From NCBI GenBank assembly GCA_964487045.1, contig CAZAOT010000002.1:195511-259510 (forward strand): a stretch of DNA of 64,000 nucleotides, read 5' to 3'. The stretch's first letter is position 1; every line of letters starts with the position of its first letter. This DNA comes from an uncultured Candidatus Saccharibacteria bacterium (GTDB lineage: Bacteria; Patescibacteriota; UBA1384; DTJR01). The notes beneath the pieces were generated by a model that did no database searches, was not told where the DNA came from, and saw only the letters and a list, made by a program, of their open reading frames with translations. This document shows positions 17,673-26,824 of this stretch, one piece after another. The position numbers were made by a program, and so were the translations under genes.

Positions 17673-18868
17673 TGCGCCGCTCCTTCGTTTTTTAATATTT
17701 TACGATGGAGCTTTTGATAGTAGCCTTTGGCAAATCGATGAGCTTCATCACGAACTTGTTTAAATAGTGCTATTTCGCCACGAGGCAAAATTCTAGAAGT
17801 TATAATTTCGTCTTTTTTTCGATCTGGTCCTTTGGCCAGTCCGACAATCGGAATATTCAAATTCAAACTTTTTAGCACGATCACCGCCGAATTTACCTGC
17901 CCTTTTCCACCATCAATAACTATCAAATCCGGGTGTGGCCAATTGTTTCGAAATCGTCTTCGCAGTACTTCCTTCATCATCCCAGTATCATTGGCGCCTT
18001 GAACTGATTTAATTTTGAACTTTCGGTATTCACTCTTTTCAGCCAAACCGTCTATAAAAACAACCATCGAGCCTGTTGCGAACGATCCGGAAATGTTAGA
18101 AATATCATAGCCTTCTACACGATCAAAGATCGTGTCTATTTCTTTTTTTATAGCAAATGAATGCTTTAAATGTTCAAGAGCTTGAAGCCTATCTCTAATT
18201 TGCGCTGCCTGCTCGTATTCCTCGTTTTTGGAAAATTTATTTAAGTCTTTTTTTAAGCTAGAGATTACTCTATCTTTCTTTCCTTCAAAAAAATCCCTCA
18301 CTAATCGAATGCTTTTTCGATACTGGGCTTTATCTACTTGCGAAATACAAGGGGCCGCGCAAAGACCAAGATAACCATACAGACATTGTTTCTTAGGTAG
18401 TTTCCGACAAGACCTAAAAGGCGCAATTTTCCTAATCAGCTCCAAAGCCAACGCCAGCGAGGCTCCTGAAAAGAATGGCCCGTAGATAATGGGATTTTTT
18501 TCCTTGATAGAAACGAGATCGGTTTCTCTTAGCGTATAAACCCTTGGGAACTCTTCGCGGGTGATATGGATATAAAGCTTCGACTTATCATCTTTCTCTT
18601 TAATATTATATATCGGGGAGTGTTTCTTAATTAATCTACTTTCAAGCAAAATTGCTTCAACCGTAGAGTCAGTTTCGATATATTCAATTTCTACCACTTC
18701 GGACATTTGTTTGGCAGTTTTGGTTGGAAGATTTTTTTGAAAATATGAAAGAACTCTGTGCTTTAACGAAGTAGCTTTGCCAACATAGATTATTTCTTTT
18801 TGCGTATTTGACATCAAATAAACCCCAGGAGACTCAGGAAAATTATTAATGGATGATTTTAAACTCAT
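17669..18868 (-). CDS. uvrC: Excinuclease ABC subunit C, short form (399 aa).
   Basis: GIY-YIG domain (PGVYLMSN...IIYVGKATSLKHRVLSYF), UVR domain (EYEQAAQIRDRLQALE) and the start of an RNase H-like domain. Translationally coupled to uvrA. Lacks the C-terminal (HhH)2 region of canonical ~600-aa UvrC. Confidence 0.8.
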   Translation of the reverse strand: MSLKSSINNFPESPGVYLMSNTQKEIIYVGKATSLKHRVLSYFQKNLPTKTAKQMSEVVEIEYIETDSTVEAILLESRLIKKHSPIYNIKEKDDKSKLYIHITREEFPRVYTLRETDLVSIKEKNPIIYGPFFSGASLALALELIRKIAPFRSCRKLPKKQCLYGYLGLCAAPCISQVDKAQYRKSIRLVRDFFEGKKDRVISSLKKDLNKFSKNEEYEQAAQIRDRLQALEHLKHSFAIKKEIDTIFDRVEGYDISNISGSFATGSMVVFIDGLAEKSEYRKFKIKSVQGANDTGMMKEVLRRRFRNNWPHPDLIVIDGGKGQVNSAVIVLKSLNLNIPIVGLAKGPDRKKDEIITSRILPRGEIALFKQVRDEAHRFAKGYYQKLHRKILKNEGAAH

Positions 18869-21690
18869 AGTAACTTTTTAAGATATTGTCCAGTTGAAGA
18901 ATTCTTCATGCCAGCAATAATCTCGGGACTTCCAGCAGCCACTATCTTTCCACCAGCTTCCCCTCCCTCTGGTCCAAGATCAATAATGTAATCAGCGACC
19001 TTGATCACGTCGAGATTATGTTCGATCACTACTACCGTGTTGCCAGCATCTACTAATCTATTAATTACCATAAGTAGCTTGGCAACATCATCGAAATGCA
19101 ATCCTGTCGTTGGCTCATCCAAAATATATAAAGTCTTGCCAGTAGCACGCTTTGATAGTTCGCTTGATAATTTGATTCGCTGAGCCTCCCCACCAGAAAG
19201 AGTCGTTGCGCTTTGGCCTAATTTCACATAGCCAAGACCAACATCCTTAAGCACCTTCAAAATATCATTTAGCTTCGGAATGCTTTTGAAGAATTCGTAT
19301 GCCTCCTCAACAGTTAAATCTAAAACGTCAGCGATATTTTTATCTTTATACTTAACTTCTAGGGTTTCGCGATTATATCTCTTGCCCTGACAAACGTCAC
19401 AAGGAATATAAACATCTGGCAAAAAATGCATTTCAATTTTTAACATTCCATCACCGGAGCATTTTTCACAACGACCGCCAGATACATTGAAAGAAAATCT
19501 TCCGGGCTTATATCCTCTAATTCTTGCCTCTTCGGTTGCCGCATATAGTTCACGAATAATATCAAAAGCTTTTGTATATGTTGCTGGATTTGATCGTGGT
19601 GTTCGACCAATCGGCGACTGATCAATATCGATAATTTTATCGATATTTTCTTTGCCAAGAATTTCTCTATATTGACCTGGCTTTTGCCAAGAACGCCCTA
19701 GTTCACGCGACAAGCCTTTAAACAGAATCTCATTAACAAGTGTTGATTTTCCAGATCCTGAAACACCCGTAACGCAGGTCAGAAGGCCGATCGGAATTTT
19801 GACATTAAGGTTTTTCAAATTATTTTCACTTGCCCCTACGATCGAAATATATTCGCCGCTTAATTTTCTTCTTGAGCGGGGAACTTCAATCTTCTTATCC
19901 CCCCTCAAATATTGCGCGGTCATCGAGTTTGTTTTCATAACTTCGCCTATTGAGCCCTGGGCTACAACTTCTCCTCCATTTACTCCAGCTCCCGGTCCGA
20001 TATCGATAATGTGATCAGCCGATCTAATTGTCTCTTCATCATGTTCAATCACCAAAACCGAGTTGCCTAGATCGCGAAGATTTTTAAGAGTATCAAGCAA
20101 GCGATTATTGTCTCGCTGGTGAAGGCCAATCGAAGGCTCATCTAGAACATAAAGTACACCGACTAAACCAGACCCAATTTGTGAAGCTAGCCTAATTCTT
20201 TGAGTCTCTCCGCCAGAGAGTGAATTTGCATATCGACTCAGAGTAAGATAATTAAGTCCGACATCGCTTAAGAATTTTAGTCTTGATGTAATTTCTTTTA
20301 TCAAACGCTCGGCAATAGTTTTTTCATTTTCATTTAATTTAGCACTGGAGAAAAAATCCAAGCATTTATCGATCGACATCGAAGTTACTTCATCAATATT
20401 TTTTCCATCTATCTTTACTGACAACGCTGATTCTTTTAATCTCTTACCTTTGCATTTCTCACAAGGCTGCTTGGACATGTATTTGGTAATCTCTTCCTTG
20501 ACCGCATCAGAATCAGTCTTGTGATATCTGGATTCAAGCAAACTTGCTAAACCATTAAAATAAATATAGAAAGTCCGAGCACGACCCTTTGTATAATAAG
20601 TTACTTTAAGCGGCTCTTCTGCGCCGCGACCATTTATCAGATAATCTATCTGGTCTGCTTTTAAATTTTTGATTGGAACATTTGTCTTAGCGCCAACTTC
20701 AGCCGCAGCCGCCCTAATGATTGAGCCATAATAATTAAAAGTTGAATAACTCCACGGCAAAAATGCTCCCTCTTCGATAGTTTTATTTTGATCAGGCGCG
20801 ATCAAACTTTCATCAACTTCTTGCGAATATCCAATTCCTAAACAATCCTCGCAAGCACCGTATGGACTATTAAACGAGAAGAGTCTAGGTTCGAGCTCAT
20901 CAAAAATATGTCCTTGCGAACAAGAAAATTTTGTTGAAAACGTCAGTTCCTCATCCCCGGATGAAATTATTACTCGGCCATCTGCTTCTAGAGTTGCTCT
21001 CTCTATCGCCTCGTTTAATCTAAGGGCATTTGCCTTTTCGATTTTGCCAACAATTTCAAAACTATCAACTAACAGATCAATTGTATGAACTTTATATCTT
21101 TCCAATCTCTTTGCCTGGCGCAGATTTACTTCCTTACCATCAATTCGAGCATTTTCGTAACCTTTTTGAAAATATTCCTGAAGCAGCGTAAGATAATCAC
21201 CCTTTCGACCTCGCACCACTGGAGAGAAAATTTTTACACTTTTTCCTTCTAAATTAGTAAAGATAAAATCAGCAATTTCATCGACTGAATATTGTTGAAT
21301 TGGAAGACCATCAATCGGGCAATATGCTTTTCCAATTCGTGCAAACAGAACTCTTAGATAATCATAAATTTCAGTAACCGTGCCGACAGTTGAACGAGGA
21401 TTTTTAGAAACTGCCTTTTGATCGATAGAAACAGCCGGCGACAATCCTTCGATATAGTCTACATCTGGTTTTTCCATTTGACCCAAGAATTGTCTAGCGT
21501 AACTAGATAAAGACTCGATATATCTTCTCTGACCTTCGGCAAAAATTGTATCAAATGCCAAAGAAGACTTGCCGGATCCTGACAAGCCAGTAATAACTAC
21601 AAATTTATTTCTTGGGATCTCGACATCAATATTTTTTAAATTATGTTCTCGAGCTCCCTTTACAAAAATCACGTCTTCCATAGAGCACAA
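18865..21690 (-). CDS. uvrA: Excinuclease ABC subunit A.
   Basis: 941 aa with two ABC ATPase modules (GLSGSGKSSLAFDTI and [15 protein letters not shown]), ABC signature LSGGE twice, and zinc-finger Cys pairs. Confidence 0.95.
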   Translation of the reverse strand: MCSMEDVIFVKGAREHNLKNIDVEIPRNKFVVITGLSGSGKSSLAFDTIFAEGQRRYIESLSSYARQFLGQMEKPDVDYIEGLSPAVSIDQKAVSKNPRSTVGTVTEIYDYLRVLFARIGKAYCPIDGLPIQQYSVDEIADFIFTNLEGKSVKIFSPVVRGRKGDYLTLLQEYFQKGYENARIDGKEVNLRQAKRLERYKVHTIDLLVDSFEIVGKIEKANALRLNEAIERATLEADGRVIISSGDEELTFSTKFSCSQGHIFDELEPRLFSFNSPYGACEDCLGIGYSQEVDESLIAPDQNKTIEEGAFLPWSYSTFNYYGSIIRAAAAEVGAKTNVPIKNLKADQIDYLINGRGAEEPLKVTYYTKGRARTFYIYFNGLASLLESRYHKTDSDAVKEEITKYMSKQPCEKCKGKRLKESALSVKIDGKNIDEVTSMSIDKCLDFFSSAKLNENEKTIAERLIKEITSRLKFLSDVGLNYLTLSRYANSLSGGETQRIRLASQIGSGLVGVLYVLDEPSIGLHQRDNNRLLDTLKNLRDLGNSVLVIEHDEETIRSADHIIDIGPGAGVNGGEVVAQGSIGEVMKTNSMTAQYLRGDKKIEVPRSRRKLSGEYISIVGASENNLKNLNVKIPIGLLTCVTGVSGSGKSTLVNEILFKGLSRELGRSWQKPGQYREILGKENIDKIIDIDQSPIGRTPRSNPATYTKAFDIIRELYAATEEARIRGYKPGRFSFNVSGGRCEKCSGDGMLKIEMHFLPDVYIPCDVCQGKRYNRETLEVKYKDKNIADVLDLTVEEAYEFFKSIPKLNDILKVLKDVGLGYVKLGQSATTLSGGEAQRIKLSSELSKRATGKTLYILDEPTTGLHFDDVAKLLMVINRLVDAGNTVVVIEHNLDVIKVADYIIDLGPEGGEAGGKIVAAGSPEIIAGMKNSSTGQYLKKLL

Positions 21691-21725
21691 TTATATGAAA
21701 AAACCGAACATAATGCAAACATCCG

Positions 21726-23717
21726 TTACCTGACTTTATTAAAAAATCCTGCAGCTTTCTTGAGTTCAATCGCCTGATCACGAAGTATCGCAGCTTCTTC
21801 AAACCTCATCTGCTCAGCCGCCTCCTTCATACTCTTTTCTTTCTCTTTTATCAGAGCCTTGATATCTGTTTGGGATAAATCTTTTTCAACATCATCAAGC
21901 TCTAGAGGTTTCAAATTTTCTACAATCGAATTAATTTCTTTTTTAATTGTAGTGGGAGTTATATGATGAACTTTATTATATTCTAGCTGAATAGCTCGCC
22001 TACGATTAGTCTCGTCGATGGCCCTCTTCATCGATCCAGTTATATTGTCAGCATAAAGGATAACTTTACCGTTGATATTTCTGGCAGCGCGACCAATCGT
22101 CTGAACAAGAGAAGTTTCTGATCTGAGAAATCCTTCTTTGTCAGCATCTAAAATTACTACAAGTGAGACTTCAGGCAGATCGAGTCCTTCTCTAAGAAGG
22201 TTTACCCCGATCAAAACATCAAACTCTCCTTGGCGAAGCGCAGAAAGGATTTCGATTCTCTCAAGTGTCTCTACATCAGAATGAAGATATCTAACCAAAA
22301 TATCTTTTTCTTTCAGATATGCTGTAAGATCTTCAGCCATTTTTTTAGTAAGAGTAGTTACTAAAGTTCGTTCATTATTTTTAACTCGTTTTTCAACTTC
22401 ACTTAGCAAATCATCGATTTGATTTTCAGAAGGCTTTATTACCACCTCAGGATCTATCAACCCTGTCGGACGGACCACCTGCTCGACGACTACATCCTTA
22501 GACTTTTCCTTTTCATAGATAGCAGGAGTTGCTGAAACAAATATCGTTTGAGGCATTTTCTTTTCAAATTCATCAAATTTAAGTGGACGATTATCTTTGG
22601 CCGCTGGAAGTCTAAAGCCAAAATCAACCAATGCATTTTTTCGAGACCTATCACCTTCATACATTGCTCGAACCTGTGACACGGTGACATGACTTTCATC
22701 AATTACCATCAGATAATCATCTCCATAATGCTCCTTAAAATAATCAAGCAAAGTGTAAGGTGCTTCTCCTGGCAAGCGACCATCAAAATATCTTGAATAA
22801 TTTTCAATGCCATTGCAGTAGCCGATTTCGCGTATCATCTCGATGTCGTAACGCGTCCGCCTTGAAAGTCGCTCCGCTTCAATAATCTTTCCATCTTTTT
22901 GAAATTTTTTAAGCTGCTCATCAAGATCCTTTTCAATCTGGCTGATCGCGCCTTCTCTTGTCTCTTGAGGAATTACATAATGGCCAACAGGAAATATTTG
23001 CAACTCATTAATATTTTCCAAAACGTTACGATTTAATTTATGAAGAACTTCAATTTTATTGACTACTCCGCCCTCAAGATCAAAGCGATAAATAAGCTCT
23101 TTGTCGGCAGGCATTAGCTCAAAGTAATTTCCCATTAATCTAAAAGTACCCCGTTTAAGTTCGACCTCATCTCGATTGAAATTTAAAGCAAGTAACTTTT
23201 TCATAAGGTCGTATCCGCTTGTAGCGTCACCGACTTTTATTTCAACAATACTTCTTCGATATAATTCTGGAGAGCCTAGACCATAAATACAGGACACCGA
23301 AGCAACTACAATCACATCATCTCTAGAAAGAATTGACTGTGAAGCGGAATTTCTAAGTCGGTCGATCTCTTCATTAATCGTCGATTCCTTTTCGATATAC
23401 GTATCAGTATTGGGAAGATATGCTTCCGGCTGATAATAGTCGTAATAACTGACAAAATACTCAACCGCATTATTTGGGAAAAACTGCCTAAATTCCTGAG
23501 TTAATTGAGCTGCTAACGTCTTATTATGAGCGATAACTATCGTCGGTTTTTGGGTTTTATCTATAACATTAGCAATCGTAAAGGTCTTTCCACTTCCGGT
23601 TACGCCAAGAAGAGTTTGGAATTTGACTCCATTATTGATGTTTTTCGATAACTCCGAAATTGCCTCTGGTTGACTCCCAGAAGGCTTAAGGTCGGATATA
23701 AGTTTAAACTTGGACAT
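21726..23717 (-). CDS. uvrB: Excinuclease ABC subunit B.
   Basis: 663 aa with helicase motif I GVTGSGKTF, a beta-hairpin region, a DEAD-like DESH motif and a C-terminal UVR domain (EEAAILRDQAIELKK). Confidence 0.95.
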   Translation of the reverse strand: MSKFKLISDLKPSGSQPEAISELSKNINNGVKFQTLLGVTGSGKTFTIANVIDKTQKPTIVIAHNKTLAAQLTQEFRQFFPNNAVEYFVSYYDYYQPEAYLPNTDTYIEKESTINEEIDRLRNSASQSILSRDDVIVVASVSCIYGLGSPELYRRSIVEIKVGDATSGYDLMKKLLALNFNRDEVELKRGTFRLMGNYFELMPADKELIYRFDLEGGVVNKIEVLHKLNRNVLENINELQIFPVGHYVIPQETREGAISQIEKDLDEQLKKFQKDGKIIEAERLSRRTRYDIEMIREIGYCNGIENYSRYFDGRLPGEAPYTLLDYFKEHYGDDYLMVIDESHVTVSQVRAMYEGDRSRKNALVDFGFRLPAAKDNRPLKFDEFEKKMPQTIFVSATPAIYEKEKSKDVVVEQVVRPTGLIDPEVVIKPSENQIDDLLSEVEKRVKNNERTLVTTLTKKMAEDLTAYLKEKDILVRYLHSDVETLERIEILSALRQGEFDVLIGVNLLREGLDLPEVSLVVILDADKEGFLRSETSLVQTIGRAARNINGKVILYADNITGSMKRAIDETNRRRAIQLEYNKVHHITPTTIKKEINSIVENLKPLELDDVEKDLSQTDIKALIKEKEKSMKEAAEQMRFEEAAILRDQAIELKKAAGFFNKVR

Positions 23718-23769
23718 AATTAAAGACTACAATAGCAGATTGCACCCTTAAAATGAAGTAGCGACTTAA

Positions 23770-24210
23770 TTATTTAGCTTTTAACAGCGGACCTAGATCG
23801 ACGTTCTTGCCCTGAACTTGTGCTTTTAGGGAGTAGCTCTTACCGTTTTCGGTTTTTGTATAATCCATGCCAAGCGGAACTTCCTTGAGTAGGTCGGGAG
23901 TTAAATCGTCTAGTTTGTCTGGATATTTGCCCTTTTCTATACCATAAACGTCGAGCGCTTGCTGAACTTCTAGAACAGGAGTGTATGATTTTTGAAATTT
24001 AGCGTATTTAAGCCCTCCATATGATGTATACGAGAGAAGAAGGAGTGCAATTATACTTATTAGTGTAACTACCCATTTTGTTGCATTAGACCAGCGCGAA
24101 ACAAGCCATACAGGAATGGCCGCGACTGGCGTTAGATAGGCGATACAAACGATACAAACAATATCTCGCCAGCTTTCTGATTTCTCAACTTGATTAGCTG
24201 TTTCTTCCAT
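23770..24210 (-). CDS. Membrane protein with a pseudopilin (GspG-like) C-terminal fold.
   Basis: 146 aa. Two hydrophobic helices, then QALDVYGIEKGKYPDKLDDLTPDLLKEVP, which resembles the T2SS GspG/type IV pilin-like domain. No canonical prepilin cleavage motif. Confidence 0.45.
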   Translation of the reverse strand: MEETANQVEKSESWRDIVCIVCIAYLTPVAAIPVWLVSRWSNATKWVVTLISIIALLLLSYTSYGGLKYAKFQKSYTPVLEVQQALDVYGIEKGKYPDKLDDLTPDLLKEVPLGMDYTKTENGKSYSLKAQVQGKNVDLGPLLKAK

Positions 24211-24283
24211 ATGTATATTTTAACACAAATTTAATAATGCAAGTACATTTTGCCATTGAGCTTACCAGTGATAAGATAAATTA

Positions 24284-24667
24284 ATGAAAGTGATTGCATT
24301 TGGAACATTCGATCCAATCCATAAAGGCCATGAAGACTTTTTAAGGCAAGCCAAGAAACTCGGGCATTTAATTGTAGTAGTTTCTCACGATGATAAGATT
24401 AAGCTTGAGAAGAACAGGGATCCAAGAGAGTCCAGCCATGATAGACTTGAAAAAGTAAAAGCTCTAAATATCGCTGATGAAATAATTATAAGTGAACCAG
24501 GAGAGCAATTTAATTTGCTCGAAAATATAAATCCCGATATTATTGCTCTCGGTTACGACCAGAAAATCCCTGAACCCTTGAAAAATAAGGTAAAAAAGTA
24601 TAATATAATAACGCTCAAGCCCTTTAAACCGGAAGTCTATAAGTCAACGCTTCTGACTAAAAAGTAG
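24284..24667 (+). CDS. Cytidylyltransferase-family nucleotidyltransferase (HxGH; RibL/TagD-like small adenylyl/cytidylyltransferase).
   Basis: 127 aa. GTFDPIHKGH has the (H/T)xGH motif of the CTP_transf_like superfamily, as in archaeal-type FAD synthetase RibL. Confidence 0.7.
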   Translation: MKVIAFGTFDPIHKGHEDFLRQAKKLGHLIVVVSHDDKIKLEKNRDPRESSHDRLEKVKALNIADEIIISEPGEQFNLLENINPDIIALGYDQKIPEPLKNKVKKYNIITLKPFKPEVYKSTLLTKK

Positions 24668-24696
24668 TTACTTGATTATTTACAAATTTAATTGGG

Positions 24697-24771
24697 GGCC
24701 TCATCATCTAGTGGTTAGGATACCAGGTTTTCATCCTGGACACCGGGGTTCGACTCCCCGTGAGGTCACCA
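24697..24771 (+). tRNA. tRNA-Glu(TTC).
   Basis: Hand-folded cloverleaf. Acceptor GGCCTCA/TGAGGTC (one G-U pair), D-arm ATCT-AGTGGTTAG-GGAT, anticodon stem CCAGG/CCTGG with loop TTTTCAT (anticodon TTC), T-arm CGGGG-TTCGACT-CCCCG. CCA is encoded. Confidence 0.8.
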
Positions 24772-24819
24772 ATTAAATTTGTCTAGTAAGGAGTAGGTTT
24801 TTGTTCCACCCAAAAACCG

Positions 24820-24860
24820 CATCCTGGACACCGGGGTTCGACTCCCCGTGAGGTCACCAT
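24820..24860 (+). repeat. Direct repeat of the tRNA-Glu 3' half (anticodon-stem 3' strand through CCA), att-like scar.
   Basis: CATCCTGGACACCGGGGTTCGACTCCCCGTGAGGTCACCA is identical to 24732-24771. The preceding 5' portion does not match the tRNA. Confidence 0.7.
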
Positions 24861-24861
24861 C

Positions 24862-24890
24862 AGAAAATCACCCGAAAGGGTGGTTTTTTG
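24862..24890 (+). terminator. Hairpin terminator (cacccGAAAgggtg plus T6) directly abutting the duplicated tRNA-Glu 3' end. Also one arm of an inverted repeat with 27763-27800.
   Basis: atcagaaaatcacccgaaagggtggttttttgatgg. GNRA-type loop, 5-bp GC-rich stem, then T6. Confidence 0.55.
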
Positions 24891-24910
24891 ATGGCTTTGA
24901 TCCACGGGAA

Positions 24911-24990
24911 AAGAGTCGAAGGCCGGAGTGAGCGAAGGCGAACGAGGCGGGGTCGACGGAAATTTCAGCAGGAATTTACCGGTGACCGAC
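24911..24990 (+). repeat. Conserved tRNA-associated element, copy 1 of 3. Ends in a degenerate tRNA T-arm/acceptor-like segment.
   Basis: ggccggag...ggcggggtcgacgg-aaatttcagcaggaattt-accggtgaccgactccccgtgcg parallels 52131-52215 and the reverse complement of 38318-38398. The central hairpin is preserved by compensatory changes. Confidence 0.5.
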
Positions 24991-25073
24991 TCCCCGTGCG
25001 CTTTTCGGACGCAACGAAAAGCTAATGTAATTCACCAACTATTTTTTATTTCTCAACTTTAGGGTATTAGATT

Positions 25074-25988
25074 TTAGTAGACATAAACCCAAAAAGCTTT
25101 ACCCGAAGGTAGCTTGGAAACGGATCCAATCTGACCGCTTGGACAGTTAGCTGATACTTGCGTATCAGAAAGTAGTTTAAAATACTCACAAGACTGACTA
25201 GCTAATTCGTTATCAATTATATAAACATTATTAAGGATCCTGTTCTCACTAGACCACCCATCAATAGATTTGATCTGACCATCTATTTCCAGCTGAATTT
25301 GGGATTTTGATTTTTCATTAACCGACCAAAGCAAATTCCATCCCTTAGAAACCTTGTAAAGATTCACAATTACTAAATCTACTGGAACAGATATTGTTTT
25401 TGCAGATCCGGGATTATATACATAATACCCATAGAACTGGCTCGCATTAAACGAAGAACCACCAGGATATAAAAGCCATTTGTTGTTTACGCCATCGAAT
25501 CTATACAGATAAAGACCATTTTGCGCAAAGAAGTCACCTGACACCTCTTTTGTATTTCCAAAAACACTAAATCCATGGGGAAAAGATATCGTCTTATAAT
25601 TTGCTCCACTCGAAGTTGATGGTAATGATGATGACGCACCAGAAACGTCCCTTTCCCTCATAGGACCTATTTCACCAAATACTCCCGATTCTTTAAAATT
25701 AAATGGTTCAAATCCAATCAAGCTAATTGCAGGTGAACTTGTCTTGAGACGATAGTCCCCCGCACCCGCATCCTCAAATTGCGGATCAGCAAATACCGAA
25801 TGATTTTCTAAATTGTTGATTCCATTAGCTTGCCACAGATTTTCAAGCCATGACCATGCTCTTAATTTTGGTCCGCCATTATTTATAAAAACTGATGGAT
25901 GACTTGTATCTTCACCAGAATAATCAAAATACAAATTATAGTCCCTTTGCGCAATCATTTTTGCGAGCATCTCCCTCTCTAAGCCCAC
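25074..25988 (-). pseudogene. 5'-truncated gene for a surface protein: C-terminal beta-helix-like end plus the conserved C-terminal domain shared with 12846-14942. The upstream part is replaced by a duplicated segment.
   Basis: The ORF has no signal peptide and begins mid-domain (…ADPQFEDAGAGDYRLKTSSPAI, typical of the end of a parallel beta-helix protein). Its C-terminal region (YGYYVYNP...GWNLLW...AFWVYVY) is paralogous to the C-terminus of the 698-aa secreted protein. It abuts the 780-bp duplication at 26042. Confidence 0.45.
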
Positions 25989-26002
25989 AGCACAATCAGA
26001 GT

Positions 26003-26392
26003 TCAGATAAAGTGGGCGAGTTGGATTATTTGGATCACCTGGGCGCGAGCTTTCACATCCGCTTTCTTCATATGATAAAGTTCACCAACCATCTCAAGTG
26101 TTTCTCTGCCTGTCATAAATTCATCAACGGCTGCAAACTGGCCAGCCAATCCTATTTCATGCCTAACCTTAGAGCCTTCAGTGCAAACATCAAATCCAGC
26201 AACCTCCATCGTCCCACTATCTGGCATCGTAAGTGTTGCTAAAAGTCTTACTAAAGTAGTCTTGCCAGCTCCGTTTGGACCTAGCAATGCATGAATCGTG
26301 CCCTTTTCGATATCCAGGCTCAATCGATCTAAGGCAACAGTTTTGCCAAAACTTTTTGTAATATCCTTTACGTGAATAATTGCTTGAGCCAT
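26003..26392 (-). pseudogene. Truncated copy (first ~120 codons) of the ABC transporter ATP-binding gene found intact at 39324-40262.
   Basis: The protein is identical to the 39324-40262 product through ...MKKADVKARA and then diverges into junk. It lies inside the 780-bp duplication. Confidence 0.7.
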
Positions 26393-26824
26393 TTTACCTA
26401 GATTCCTTAATTTTTCTCTTAACCTTTTCCTTCATTTCAACCACCCTGGATGAAAACGCCGTCATTTTGTCCAGAAATTCATTTAGTTTCTCAGCTTCAA
26501 TCATATGAAGCATTTCCCCAACACCAAAAAATACAAACTTATCACCGGTTTTAATTTTTAATTCATCTCGAGCTTCAATAGGCACAACAATTTGGCCTTT
26601 CTCCCCGATAGTTCCGACTCCGTAAAATTTCTTACATTGATGCATTTTTTCACTATTTGATTATTTCCTACATTTCATACATTACATACTAAACATAATG
26701 ATGTCAATAAAAAAATGAGCATTTGCCCATTTTTTTTACGGTACCTCTGGCGCTTATTCGACTCCCTCGGCTGCCAAATATCAACAAAAAAAGAGCTAAT
26801 GCTCGTTCTTTGTTGATCTGGTAC
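26042..26824. repeat. Near-identical ~780-bp duplication, copy A. Copy B is 39903-40693. It ends with 6 nt of the tRNA-Arg(TCG) 3' end.
   Basis: Nucleotide identity from ggcgcgagctttcacatcc... through ...gttgatctggtac, with only a few indel/SNP differences in the last ~40 bp. Includes the abrB-like gene, the ABC ATPase 5' portion and the tRNA-proximal hairpin. Confidence 0.85.
26394..26645 (-). CDS. AbrB/SpoVT-family DNA-binding protein (duplicate copy of 40264-40515).
   Basis: 83 aa, identical to the 40264-40515 product. GEKGQIVVPIEARDELKIKTGDKFVFF is a swapped-hairpin AbrB-type domain. Confidence 0.65.
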   Translation of the reverse strand: MHQCKKFYGVGTIGEKGQIVVPIEARDELKIKTGDKFVFFGVGEMLHMIEAEKLNEFLDKMTAFSSRVVEMKEKVKRKIKESR

